Source of the DNA: Candidatus Heimdallarchaeota archaeon
GTDB taxonomy: Archaea; Asgardarchaeota; Wukongarchaeia; Wukongarchaeales; JBHIFL01
DNA: 64,000 nucleotides
Assembly: GCA_046761065.1 (NCBI GenBank)
Contig: JBHIFL010000001.1
Coordinates: 96,001 to 160,000 of the forward strand
Reading direction: 5' to 3'
The position numbers were made by a program, and so were the translations under genes. Position 1 is the stretch's first letter; each line of letters begins with the position of its first letter. A model generated the notes under the pieces. That model had not been told where the DNA came from. It ran no database searches and saw nothing but the letters and a program-made list of their open reading frames with translations. Positions 1-9,925 of this stretch are shown here, piece after piece.

Positions 1-618
1 CAAGGCCGCCCAGGTGACGCATTAGAGTACACAGCCTCTGCGGGGGCGTGTGCGGTAATCGTGGGTCGAACGGGACATATAGCTGAAATTGAAGGGACTT
101 ATAGTTATTCGACAGACACTCCCGATTTTTTCAGGCGAGAAGGGGAAAACTTTCCGTCCCATGGCTCAAGATTCACTGGTAAGCCCGCATACTTTCGACA
201 CGTCATTAATGGGGCAAAAGGCCTTATGACCAAGCTTGGGTTGACAGTGGAGGATTTTGATTATGCTTGCTTCCACTCGCCAAATGGGAAGTTTCCCATT
301 ATTGCCGCGTCTACCCTCCAGATCCCCTTTGAAAAGGTCGAACCCAGTTTGGTGGTTCGCGCAATCGGCAATACTTATAGTGCTTCAGCTATGATAGGCT
401 TAGCCAGAATTCTTGATATAGCTGAGTCAGATCAACGCATTCTTATGGTTGCATACGGATCAGGAGCAGGGAGTGATGCCTTTAGCATCAAAACAACCGA
501 TATTCTTCTTGAAACACGTGATAAAACGCCTACTGTTGATGATTACGTGAACAATAAGGTTTACATGGATTACGCTGTCTATGCTAAGCATCGCGGTAAA
601 ATCTTAGATATGACTTAG
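1..618 (+). CDS. mvaS: Hydroxymethylglutaryl-CoA synthase, archaeal type (5'-partial)
   Basis: Frame is open from base 1 (QGRPGDALEYTASAGA). Motifs DTPDFFRR, FHSPNGKFP, IGNTYS, YGSGAGSDAF. Followed by thiolase and DUF35 genes. Confidence 0.93.
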   Translation, partial: QGRPGDALEYTASAGACAVIVGRTGHIAEIEGTYSYSTDTPDFFRREGENFPSHGSRFTGKPAYFRHVINGAKGLMTKLGLTVEDFDYACFHSPNGKFPIIAASTLQIPFEKVEPSLVVRAIGNTYSASAMIGLARILDIAESDQRILMVAYGSGAGSDAFSIKTTDILLETRDKTPTVDDYVNNKVYMDYAVYAKHRGKILDMT

Positions 619-641
619 CAAATCCACAGGAATGGAGAACT

Positions 642-1805
642 ATGACACGAGATGTTGCGATTATAGGACTAGGTATGACTAAATTTCAAGAGCACTGGGA
701 TCGTGGAGTTCGTGAACTCGCAGCTGAAGCAATATCCGAATCACTCCAAGATGCGCAAATCACTCATGATCAAGTCCAAGCCCTCTTTGTGGGTAGTATG
801 GGGCGTTTTGCAGGTCAAGAGCACATTGCTGCGCTCGTAGCAGATTATGCAGGGTTGACCCCTATTCCCGCAACACGTGTCGAAGCTGGCTGCGCTTGTG
901 GAGCACTTGCGATGCGAAGTGCCTTCTTGGCAGTGCTGTCAGGATTGTATGATATTGTTGTTGCGTGTGGAGTTGAAAAAATGACCGATCTCACTGATAG
1001 TGGTGACGTTATTTCGGCGTTGGGCGCAGCTGCAGATCAAGAATGGGAACTTCAAACAGGATTGACATTCCCAGCGGTGCACGCCCTAATGGCGCGAGCA
1101 CATATGGCGAAGTATGGGACAACAAAAGAACAACTAGCTATGGTTTCTGCAAAAAACCATAAGAATGCTGTGAATAACCCTAAAGCACACTTCCGGCGGG
1201 AATTCACCATCGAACAAATCTTACAAGCCAAAATGGTCTGTTCACCTTTAGGTATTCTTGATTGTAGCCCTATAAGTGACGGTGCAGCAGCAATCATAAT
1301 AGCGGCTGCTGAAATTGCCGAGACGCATGAACAACCAATCTGGATCCGAGGTTCAGGCCACGCCAGTGATACTATTGCCCTGCAGGACCGCCAAACCATC
1401 ACGAATATTCCGGCTGCCCAAAATGCCGCACAGAAAGCTTATGAATATGCAAGAACTTCACCCAACGAAGTAGATGTTGCAGAAGTGCATGACTCCTTTA
1501 CAATCGGGGAAATAATGGCATTAGAAGATCTTGGATTTGTCCCAGAAGGTCAAGGAGGGATTGTTACAGAATCAGGTGAAACACAAATTGGGGGACGAAT
1601 ACCTGTCAATACTTCAGGTGGGTTAAAAGCCCGTGGGAATCCCATAGGCGCAACAGGGATTGCCCAAGCAATTGAAATCGTGTTACAACTGAGATGGAAC
1701 GCAGGAAAGCGACAAGTTGAAAATGTGGAGATGGGACTTACGCATAGTATTGGTGGCTCCGGTGCAACAGCGATCGTAACCCTTCTCAGTAGCAAAAGGA
1801 GGTGA
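642..1805 (+). CDS. Acetyl-CoA acetyltransferase (archaeal SCP2-type thiolase)
   Basis: VEAGCACG nucleophile motif, GVEKMT, DCSPISDGAAA, EVHDSF, NTSGGLKARGNPIGATG. Sits in the conserved HMGCS-thiolase-DUF35 operon. Confidence 0.92.
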   Translation: MTRDVAIIGLGMTKFQEHWDRGVRELAAEAISESLQDAQITHDQVQALFVGSMGRFAGQEHIAALVADYAGLTPIPATRVEAGCACGALAMRSAFLAVLSGLYDIVVACGVEKMTDLTDSGDVISALGAAADQEWELQTGLTFPAVHALMARAHMAKYGTTKEQLAMVSAKNHKNAVNNPKAHFRREFTIEQILQAKMVCSPLGILDCSPISDGAAAIIIAAAEIAETHEQPIWIRGSGHASDTIALQDRQTITNIPAAQNAAQKAYEYARTSPNEVDVAEVHDSFTIGEIMALEDLGFVPEGQGGIVTESGETQIGGRIPVNTSGGLKARGNPIGATGIAQAIEIVLQLRWNAGKRQVENVEMGLTHSIGGSGATAIVTLLSSKRR

Positions 1806-2236
1806 CTATCGTGGGAGAGTCGAGTATTCCCGAATATTGGCGTGGGATTAACGCTCGTTTTCGTTTAGAAGGTTCTGAATGTGCTGCCTGTGGTCATCGC
1901 ACTTTCCCTCCTCGACTTGTCTGTCCAGAATGTAAGTCGACAAAATCCATTCCGAAACCATTCACTGGAAGAGGAATCCTCCGTTCTTATACAATTGTTC
2001 ATGAGGCTCCCAAAGGGTTGGAACTTCATATTCCCTATATAATGGGCCTTGTTGAACTGGAAGAGGGGCCTACAATTACTGCCCAACTTGTCGACATCAA
2101 TCCAGAGGAACTCAAAATCGGATTAGAACTTGAAGTGGTATTTAGAAAGATCTCTGAGGGGGGACGTCGCGGTATCGTCCGATATGGGTTTAAATTCGGA
2201 CCAATAAAATATCCCCCTCGGATCTCAAAATCCTGA
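1802..2236 (+). CDS. DUF35 Zn-ribbon/OB-fold scaffold protein of the thiolase-HMGCS complex
   Basis: CAACG..FPPR.VCPEC zinc ribbon, PYIMGLVELEEG, YGFKF. GTGA overlap with the thiolase stop. Confidence 0.92.
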   Translation: MTIVGESSIPEYWRGINARFRLEGSECAACGHRTFPPRLVCPECKSTKSIPKPFTGRGILRSYTIVHEAPKGLELHIPYIMGLVELEEGPTITAQLVDINPEELKIGLELEVVFRKISEGGRRGIVRYGFKFGPIKYPPRISKS

Positions 2237-2425
2237 GATTCCAGAACGTTTAAGAGCTTTTTTAGCCCTCTCATCGGAAATAATCGCTCAAGGAGCAATT
2301 TATTGGTGGATAAAGACCCCACAACCTATGAAACCGAGTATACTGATGTACTACTGAAAAACTCTATGTGCCCAAAGGCTTAAAAATCAAAAGTCAAAGC
2401 ATAGATAGGACGGAGGAACATTCAG

Positions 2426-2569
2426 ATGCCACGAATAGTGTGCCCCAAGTGTGGTTCTCACAATATAAAAACAGTTGAAGATAAATCTAAACCGATTGCC
2501 TATGCTGGACACACCCCAGTCTACAAGAAAGTATATGTTTGTAAGGATTGCACAGAGAGATTTGAGTAA
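2426..2569 (+). CDS. 47-aa CPxCG zinc-ribbon microprotein (not in ORF track)
   Basis: MPRIVCPKCGSHNIKTVEDKSKPIAYAGHTPVYKKVYVCKDCTERFE*. GGAGG RBS at 2412-2416. Two CxxC pairs. Confidence 0.8.
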   Translation: MPRIVCPKCGSHNIKTVEDKSKPIAYAGHTPVYKKVYVCKDCTERFE

Positions 2570-2671
2570 TTAACGAGAATTGGTGTGCGATAGTCATGGG
2601 TGATCCTATTTCGTACGGTAAGCAAGAAATCCAATTAGTAATGGATATTTTAAAGATAACAGGGTATGGAC

Positions 2672-3019
2672 CTAAGCGTAGACTTTTGGTTCTCTTTTCT
2701 TTTTCTTCCTTTTAGGTTCTTTCTTCTCCTTTTTTTTCACAGGAACGTGATTCATAGACAATTCTTTGACCCTCAATTTACGGATTTGTTGCAACAACCA
2801 GGTTTCTAACTCCAAAAATTCCACAGGTTTTGCTCTTTGAAGCTCTTCAAGGATTTTCCTGAGAAGCTCGTGTGTTCGAATTGGTTTCCCAGATAGGTCC
2901 TCCAGTTTGTTCCTGAGAAGTTTTTCGAGTTTGTTTTCGTCGTCTTTAGTTAGGTATATGAAGTACTTAGTTTGGGCTTTTTCAAAAGTCCGCGCAAAAA
3001 TTTGTAAAAAACAGGGCAT
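2672..3019 (-). CDS. Hypothetical helical protein with Lys-rich C-terminus
   Basis: 115-aa ORF with protein-like composition and no recognisable motif. Confidence 0.6.
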   Translation of the reverse strand: MPCFLQIFARTFEKAQTKYFIYLTKDDENKLEKLLRNKLEDLSGKPIRTHELLRKILEELQRAKPVEFLELETWLLQQIRKLRVKELSMNHVPVKKKEKKEPKRKKKKREPKVYA

Positions 3020-3188
3020 CCTTTTACATCCATATGTTGTCTATAATAATTAACAAACTAAATCCATATTAAAGATGTGTTGCCTTATCTATTTTTTCGA
3101 AAAACTAGGAACTTTTTAAAAGTGAAACCCCGAATTTTTGAGAACATACTTTAAAAGAACACAAATGCGGAGTCCTTGTTAATGGAGG

Positions 3189-4391
3189 ATGTGCCCTGTG
3201 AAATTTGCTTCTGAACGTTCTAAAACTATAAAATATGCAATCCGTGACTTGATTCCTCTTGCTTCACAGCTAGAAAAAAAAGGGAAAAAAATCATACGAT
3301 TGAATATAGGAGATCCCGCCCAATTTGATTTTGAACCTCCCAATCATCTCAAGAAAGCACTGTCTGATGCGGTGATGGATGGTGGTTATAACTGTTATTC
3401 CGACTCCCAAGGATTGTTAGAGCTTCGTGAATCCATATGTCATAAAGAATTGGGAGGAGGAGTTTCCTTGAGCCCAGAAAACATCGTTGTGACAAATGGT
3501 ATCTCTGAAGGCATAACATTGACCTTAGGTAGTCTTTGTGATCCTGGTTCGAATCTTCTTATCCCTGGCCCGGTTTATCCTCCCTACCCTGTCTTTGTCA
3601 GATATTATGGAGCTGAAGTAAACTACTACAAATGTGACGAAGAGAATGACTGGCAACCTGATACAGAGGAGCTCCGTTCAAGTGTGACAGATCGAACGAA
3701 AGGAATCTTGCTTGTAAACCCGAATAATCCCACTGGAGCCGTGTACGAGGAAAAAATTCTTCGAGAGATCATGGATATCGCAGGTGAGTTCTCAATTCCT
3801 GTACTCAGTGATGAAATCTATGATCGATTGGTATTTGATCAAAAACATGTAAGTACCGCTTCTCTAAGTAATGATATTCCCGTCGTCGGCTTCAACGGCT
3901 TTAGTAAGGGTTACATCATTACTGGTTGGAGATTAGGGTATATCTATTTTCATGATCCCGCCGAAAAAATACAGGATCTCCGTGATGCGATCATTCGTAC
4001 AGCTCGTGTTCGATTATGTGCTTCAACACCTGCGCAAAAAGCAGCTGTAGCTGGATTGGAAGGATCTCAGGAACATATTGGTCAAATGATGCGAAAACTT
4101 CGTCCCCGTCGGGATCTTGCTTACAAACGATTGAATGAGATCCCGGGACTTTCTTGTACAAAACCGGAGGGGGCGTTTTATGTCTTCCCGAAAATCTTGA
4201 ATCGCAAAGGAGCGAAAGACGACCGAGAATATGTCATCAACCTCCTTGAAGAGACTGGTGTCTTAATAATTCATGGCTCCGGGTTCGGTGAACCTGGAAG
4301 AGACCACTTTCGAATGGTCTATCTTGCACCTATACCCCTCCTAAATGAAGCATTGGATCGGATTTCGACCTTCATGGAGAAAGATGTTTAA
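3189..4391 (+). CDS. PLP-dependent aminotransferase class I/II (AlaA/AlaAT-like)
   Basis: LNIGDP, NPNNPTG, SDEIYD, GFSKGY..TGWRLGY, PEGAFY. Confidence 0.92.
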   Translation: MCPVKFASERSKTIKYAIRDLIPLASQLEKKGKKIIRLNIGDPAQFDFEPPNHLKKALSDAVMDGGYNCYSDSQGLLELRESICHKELGGGVSLSPENIVVTNGISEGITLTLGSLCDPGSNLLIPGPVYPPYPVFVRYYGAEVNYYKCDEENDWQPDTEELRSSVTDRTKGILLVNPNNPTGAVYEEKILREIMDIAGEFSIPVLSDEIYDRLVFDQKHVSTASLSNDIPVVGFNGFSKGYIITGWRLGYIYFHDPAEKIQDLRDAIIRTARVRLCASTPAQKAAVAGLEGSQEHIGQMMRKLRPRRDLAYKRLNEIPGLSCTKPEGAFYVFPKILNRKGAKDDREYVINLLEETGVLIIHGSGFGEPGRDHFRMVYLAPIPLLNEALDRISTFMEKDV

Positions 4392-4409
4392 ATTTTTTTC
4401 ACTTAAAAA

Positions 4410-5154
4410 TGAAATGCTGACTCTTTCCCTTCGTCTCAAAGAGACGTCTCTCACATCATTAATTCTTTCCTTTTTTGGTCCACTATAAGAACCTCGGCTT
4501 TGGCACCCAGTTCGATAGATGGAATAGGATTTTTACAACACTGCGTCTTAAACCCACGATCCATGTTATTTTAATTTTGGGGTTTTCCACGTTTTTTCCC
4601 TGCCTTACGCTTCAGTATATCATTCACAGCAATAACCTTTCAGCCGAGACTCAACTAAGTTACCCAATTGGCATAAAATGCTATGTGGGGTAGTCTTACC
4701 ATATGCTTAAAAAACTCTTTCGAAGCGTTCTTTATAGATCCTTGGGAGAAGTATTTGTACGATCTTTTTCTTGAAAGGCCATAATGGTCAATCATATATA
4801 AATATATAAGGACAACATTTTGCCAACAGTTCTGGTCATACCTTCCATTAACATAAAACAAGCCGTAAAATAAGAAACGATCCGCCTAGATAAGTCAACA
4901 TTATTCCAATTTTTCCATGACACTCATAAAATGCTTGTTCTGGGGAGATCCACACTCCTGTGGCAAATTTATGATGTGAAAGTAACCCAATTCCTATTAC
5001 AAACCAAATAATGGCTATTTGTGCCGTTGTTTGCAATGCACATGTCACCGTTATTATACCTGAAACACACTGAATGGCTGCACCGAGTTGCCCCAATTAA
5101 ATTTCCCAAATGTATATGCGCACTTATGACTTCTTCTAAAAAGGAAATGAGCAA
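4410..5154 (-). pseudogene. Decayed membrane-protein gene
   Basis: The hydrophobic ORF 4848-5096 continues in the same frame past several stops with protein-like sequence (PLWPFKKKIVQILLPRIYKERFERVF*AYGKTTPH...). Confidence 0.35.
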
Positions 5155-5185
5155 AAATTCTTGGAGGGAGCTGTTAGAAAGCTAG

Positions 5186-5650
5186 CTAGTCCTCACATAC
5201 CTTTAAATCTCGAATATCTTCATGGTGAACGAGCATAGATGCAATATAACATAGGCAGCCGTTAGTGTCCCCTGAAACCTCAAAAAGGTAAGGAATCAAC
5301 TCACGATAGGTTGTTCGCATCCACAAATCTTGGGTTGCACAGACATAGCCTTGGTCGGTTCGTAATAGACCAAAACAAAATACTTCATCTGTTATGTTTT
5401 CTGAGCCACTTTTGATATACTTCTCAGAGATGATGTCTAATATCCTATCTGGATCGACTAACTCCAAGTTTGGAAAGAGCTCTTGTCGTTTCTCAAGGCC
5501 CCTCGAAACAGAGCGTACTATATTTCGAATTGCTTCTTTGATGGGTAACCCCTTACCATATCTACAAAGCGCGCATTCAGAAGATCGAAGTCGAAAAAAG
5601 ATACAAGGAAAACTCGCACGTAATTTTTCAAGTTCTTCAAATGGGATCAT
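5186..5650 (-). CDS. Cys-rich hypothetical protein, possibly metal-binding
   Basis: 154 aa with C-x9-CxxC near the N-terminus plus FCF, VCA and CLC further along. Confidence 0.6.
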   Translation of the reverse strand: MIPFEELEKLRASFPCIFFRLRSSECALCRYGKGLPIKEAIRNIVRSVSRGLEKRQELFPNLELVDPDRILDIISEKYIKSGSENITDEVFCFGLLRTDQGYVCATQDLWMRTTYRELIPYLFEVSGDTNGCLCYIASMLVHHEDIRDLKVCED

Positions 5651-5748
5651 TGCAACGTCCCGACCAGGAATATAATTGTAAATGTTCAGCTTTTAAAGCC
5701 TTTATCTTTTACTCGTTTCAAGCATAGTAATAAATGTTTATACTCTGT

Positions 5749-6669
5749 TCAGGACCCAAGAAGCTTAGCAGGATTTTCGTGCGTCATAACGCGAATTTCG
5801 TCTTCGGAGATTCCATTCTCAAGCATTTTTCCCATAAATCGCTTGAACATCTCCACCGGTGGAGGATTGACTCGTTGGCCCCCATCACTTGCCATTATGA
5901 TGTTTTCCACCCCAATAGATTCGATCATTGTTGCAATCTTCTCGGGAGAGACCATCCTTCGGGCGATTGAGGTACAATACGCATACACATGCTCGATCAA
6001 TGCTCCGTACTGCACAAATTCCTTTAAGAGCTCTAATGGGGGATCGAGAAAACTCGCTTCTGGATGGGTTACGACCAGTTTATTGGCCCCTGTCTTGGCG
6101 GCTGTTTTTATAAGGACTATGGATTCTTCCAGAGCCAGATGCCCGGTTGCTAAGATGAGGTCATGATCTGCGATCATCTCCAAAATAAGCGATAATTCAT
6201 CAATGAGGTTTCCAACATTGTCTAATATTGAAATTCCTCGTGGGAGGGTCCGCTTTCCTGCAGTTAACATGGGGACAGCACCTGGATCCTTCAAAAAATG
6301 CGCTGCATCCACAGTCGGCATCCAAACTTCCACTGCACCTAATTTTATAGCGTTTGCTACAGCGGTAGGATTAAGTCCTCCAACACCCCAATTCAAGACG
6401 ATCCCCCCAAAAACAGGGAAATCTATGACTTTTCGGGCAATTTGGGCTCTATCAGCTGTACAGGTAACATGGTTCTTTAGGACAATGGCTCTCATTCCGG
6501 CCTTCTTGGCTTGATTCGCCGCCTCGATATCATCGAGGCAACGAGGGTAAATATCTGGAGCCGTGTGCATATGAAGATCTATTGCATCTCTTATAAGCTT
6601 GTCTACGATTTTTGGAGCCATTTCTGTTTCCTCATTATTTACACTAACCAACAATTCGGTATTACTCAT
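5749..6669 (-). CDS. Amidohydrolase-superfamily TIM-barrel metalloenzyme (DUF6282-like)
   Basis: DLHMHTAPD..PR..DD, LKNH, VWMPT, LATGH, VTHP, SDGGQ. Confidence 0.8.
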   Translation of the reverse strand: MSNTELLVSVNNEETEMAPKIVDKLIRDAIDLHMHTAPDIYPRCLDDIEAANQAKKAGMRAIVLKNHVTCTADRAQIARKVIDFPVFGGIVLNWGVGGLNPTAVANAIKLGAVEVWMPTVDAAHFLKDPGAVPMLTAGKRTLPRGISILDNVGNLIDELSLILEMIADHDLILATGHLALEESIVLIKTAAKTGANKLVVTHPEASFLDPPLELLKEFVQYGALIEHVYAYCTSIARRMVSPEKIATMIESIGVENIIMASDGGQRVNPPPVEMFKRFMGKMLENGISEDEIRVMTHENPAKLLGS

Positions 6670-6973
6670 TATCGTAAAGCTTGCTTGGTCTTTAACTCAT
6701 TTTGTTCGCCTTTTAAAAGCTTTGGCCACGTCGGCGTGTCGCAGTGCTTTTGTATGAGTTTATTGATCTCCGTAAGTTTTCTGTCCTTTATATATCGTTC
6801 ACAGGATTCTTTTTGGTTTCTTCAAAGGTGAATGCCAAAAAATAACGTCTTATTTGTATAACAGATCATGTCTATAAAGATGAAAGCCACCGGGGTCCAA
6901 TGTTTCCTGCTTGTCAGGACAAAAATGGTAAGCCGTTACTTGAAGTGACTCTGGTGAGAAGGCTCACAAGGTC

Positions 6974-7750
6974 TTGCTGATGACGATAATTCGAGAAAAC
7001 GATCATGTTTTGCTTTGTTTAGAAGACAAACGGAAATCTTGGCTTGTCAAAATTGAGAAAGGGAAAGAGTTCCATACACACCGGGGGATCATTGATCTTG
7101 AACAGGCCATCGGCTGCGATTATGGCTCCCGGATTCAGAGCCGCGTAGGGACGGAGTTTTTAGTTTTGGATCCGCTCCCCAGTGATTATGCGCACAAGTT
7201 TTTTCATCGGACGCAGGTCCTCTTCCCTAAAGACATTGCCATGATCATCCTCTTCGGAGGCATCGGGCCCGGGTGCCAGGTAATTGAGGCGGGAACGGGT
7301 AGCGGGAGTCTCACCGCCAGTTTGGCCTATCAGGTACACCCTGATGGCCGCATCTATACTTATGACATCCGTGAGAAAAATGCTGAAACCGCCCGGAATA
7401 ACCTCGAAAAGGTGAAATTGGATCAATTTGTAGACTTTAAGGTCAAAGACGCAAAGAGGGGATTTGATGAAACCGATGTTGATGTCGTTGTGATTGATCT
7501 GGGGGATCCGTGGGAGGTCGTTCCCGCCGCCGCATATGCCCTCCGTGGCGGAGGCCGGATTTGTATTTTTGTACCGAATTGGAGTCAAGTGGAACGGACC
7601 GTTACTGCCCTCAAGACGCCGGATTTTGGGAAAATCGAAATTTTTGAGAGTTTGAAGAGAGATATAATCGTTGGCAAAGACATACTTCGTCCTGCTACAC
7701 GTATGATCGGATTCACCGGGTTCTTGCTTTTTGCCCGGAAATTGGTTTGA
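6974..7750 (+). CDS. trmI: tRNA (adenine57/58-N1)-methyltransferase
   Basis: FHTHRG, TQVLFPKD, VIEAGTGSGSL, DLGDPW, RPATRMIGFTGF. Confidence 0.93.
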   Translation: MLMTIIRENDHVLLCLEDKRKSWLVKIEKGKEFHTHRGIIDLEQAIGCDYGSRIQSRVGTEFLVLDPLPSDYAHKFFHRTQVLFPKDIAMIILFGGIGPGCQVIEAGTGSGSLTASLAYQVHPDGRIYTYDIREKNAETARNNLEKVKLDQFVDFKVKDAKRGFDETDVDVVVIDLGDPWEVVPAAAYALRGGGRICIFVPNWSQVERTVTALKTPDFGKIEIFESLKRDIIVGKDILRPATRMIGFTGFLLFARKLV

Positions 7751-8058
7751 GGGTGATGGATAGGTTGATAGCAACATAATTGGTTTAGTTTTCCACCATA
7801 ATCGGCGGATCTCCCACTCATTATTTGTGGATTTTTTTATTTTATATACAAAAAATATATAAAAGTTTAAGATTTGATTTGTTTCGTCCAGGGTAAATCT
7901 TTACACGTGTTGCCCTGCACAATTTCGCTATAAGCGTATAGAGTATAGATGAGTACGAGTAAGATTCTGCCTTATATCGAAAGTTAATCGGAGAGATGGG
8001 TAAAGATAGGTAGTAGAGAGCCGTATTTCATGGGAGAGAAAGAAGAGGTGGACTAAAT

Positions 8059-9287
8059 ATGATTGATGGTGAGATATCTATTCATACTGAAGAATTGCGA
8101 GCCCTTGGACGAGTTTTCCTCCCCTCCATGGCCCTTTCTTACTCGGTGGCAGTTCTCCCGACGCTTATGATAGGAGTCCTGCTCCTAGATATAGGGCCCA
8201 CCTTCAACCAGTCAGTTGGTGTGACAGGCCAGCTTCAAACGGCGGCTTCTCTTGTTGCAATGCTCTCTGCTCTGCTTATGGGCGCGTGGAGTGTGCGTTT
8301 CAACCATAAATCGTTGCTCCTAATGGGTTTGCTGGCCACCAGCCTTGCCACGGCTGGGTGTTTTTTGGCACTGAATTTCCCCATGCTGCTGATTTTTTTG
8401 CGCTCTCGGGAATGGGACTGGGGATGGTCGAACCTATGGTGTTTGCCCTAGTCGGAGAGCATTTCTCGCTTGCACAGCGGGCTCGTGCCATTAGCTGGCT
8501 CATTACTGGTGCTGTCCTAACAAGCATTATCGGTACATCGGTTATTGGTTTCATCGGGGGAAGATGAGAGGAAGACAGTTGGCGCTGGACATTCTTTGGA
8601 GTCTTACTACCCCTTACACTCCTCAGTCTTGAGTTGACGATAAAAGAAGTACCCTATACCACCCAGAACCGCCACCTGAAGAGTTCAGGAACATATTGGG
8701 AAGGGTTTAAGGAAATCGCCACCAACCGCTCAGCGATGATTTGTTTGGTTGGAAACATGTTGTTATTAGCTGGATGGTAAGCCGTTCTCGTCTACTATGT
8801 AACATTTCTCAGGAAACACTTCCCGATCTCGGTAGAGGTCGCATCTATTTTATTCGCAATAGGTGATGGGTTATTCTATACTTTGGGGAGTCTAATTGGC
8901 GGGCCTACCGTCTCACGGTTTGGAAGAAAACGCGTAACTTTTGTAACGACTTTCTTCATGGGTATTTTTATCATCACTTTCATGATACCATCCAACCTTT
9001 GGCTGGCGGTAGGGCTTAGTTATTTAGCTGGTCTTTTTAGCGGGATGCGGATGACTGCATCAGTTAGCCTCACTCTGGAACAGGTGCCTCGATTTCGAGG
9101 GAGTATGATGTCACTGAATTCGGCAATCACAGCTCTAGGTGGCGCGCTTGGAGCTAGTGTCGGAGGCTTGATACTGCTCTGGTGGGATTTTGAAGGGGTT
9201 GGACTAACATTGGGAGCCCTGTGTCTTGTCGCAACCCTCATCTACTATTTCTTGATCGTTGATCCCACCCGTGAGGATCTCAACTAA
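8059..9287 (+). pseudogene. MFS transporter pseudogene
   Basis: Frameshift in the T7 run at 8393-8399, then a single frame to 9287 with in-frame TGA (8565) and TAA (8778). MFS motif GG..VSRFGRKR and RFRGSMMSLN. Confidence 0.85.
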
Positions 9288-9925
9288 GCGTTTCTCTCCA
9301 GTATTCCAGTGTACTCCACTCTGACGTAGGGTAGATAAAGAAATAGGAAATACTGGCTGATACCTGCGTGTCGCCGCTTCAGCTACCAGCGATTTTTAAA
9401 AAAAATGGCTCCAAACTGCGGATGCCGTTATAATAACTTCCTGGCAAGCGGGTACTCATTGTAAAGAATTAATGACAAACAGATAGCATTGTAAACAATA
9501 ATGGCAAAAGAATCCGAGCTATTGTAGATAATTACTAACAAAAAGGAACGGTTCAGCCCTATTTGTATGGTTTATTGTTAAAAATTACTAGCATTACCAT
9601 TTTCCTTGGGTTTAGCCTTATGAACCATGAACCCTTCAGTGGGGGTTTGGGTTTTAAATACAGTTTGGTTCCATATGTATCAATAAAGCTTAGTCGCTTC
9701 TGAGCTAATAGATTATATTGGGGTCGTATGATAAGCTGAAAACCCAAAAATTAGATAGAATGCCCCATCTTACAAATTCAGACAGTTTGATTCCCAAAAT
9801 GAAGCCCCAACCTTATTTCAGGCACAAGTTCTACTTGCTTAACCTCAGAAGCCATCATCAAATCGATCAAATAATAAACGCAAAACTATTGAGAAACTTA
9901 TTAGAAGGATTCTCATACTTAGGAT

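Noticed and set aside
8565-8567. In-frame TGA in the MFS gene as selenocysteine or readthrough
   Set aside because: The same gene also has an in-frame TAA and a frameshift, so it is a pseudogene.
9300-9925. Short ORFs 9559-9747 and 9718-9951
   Set aside because: No motifs or RBS, and multiple stops in all frames. Probably decayed or intergenic DNA.
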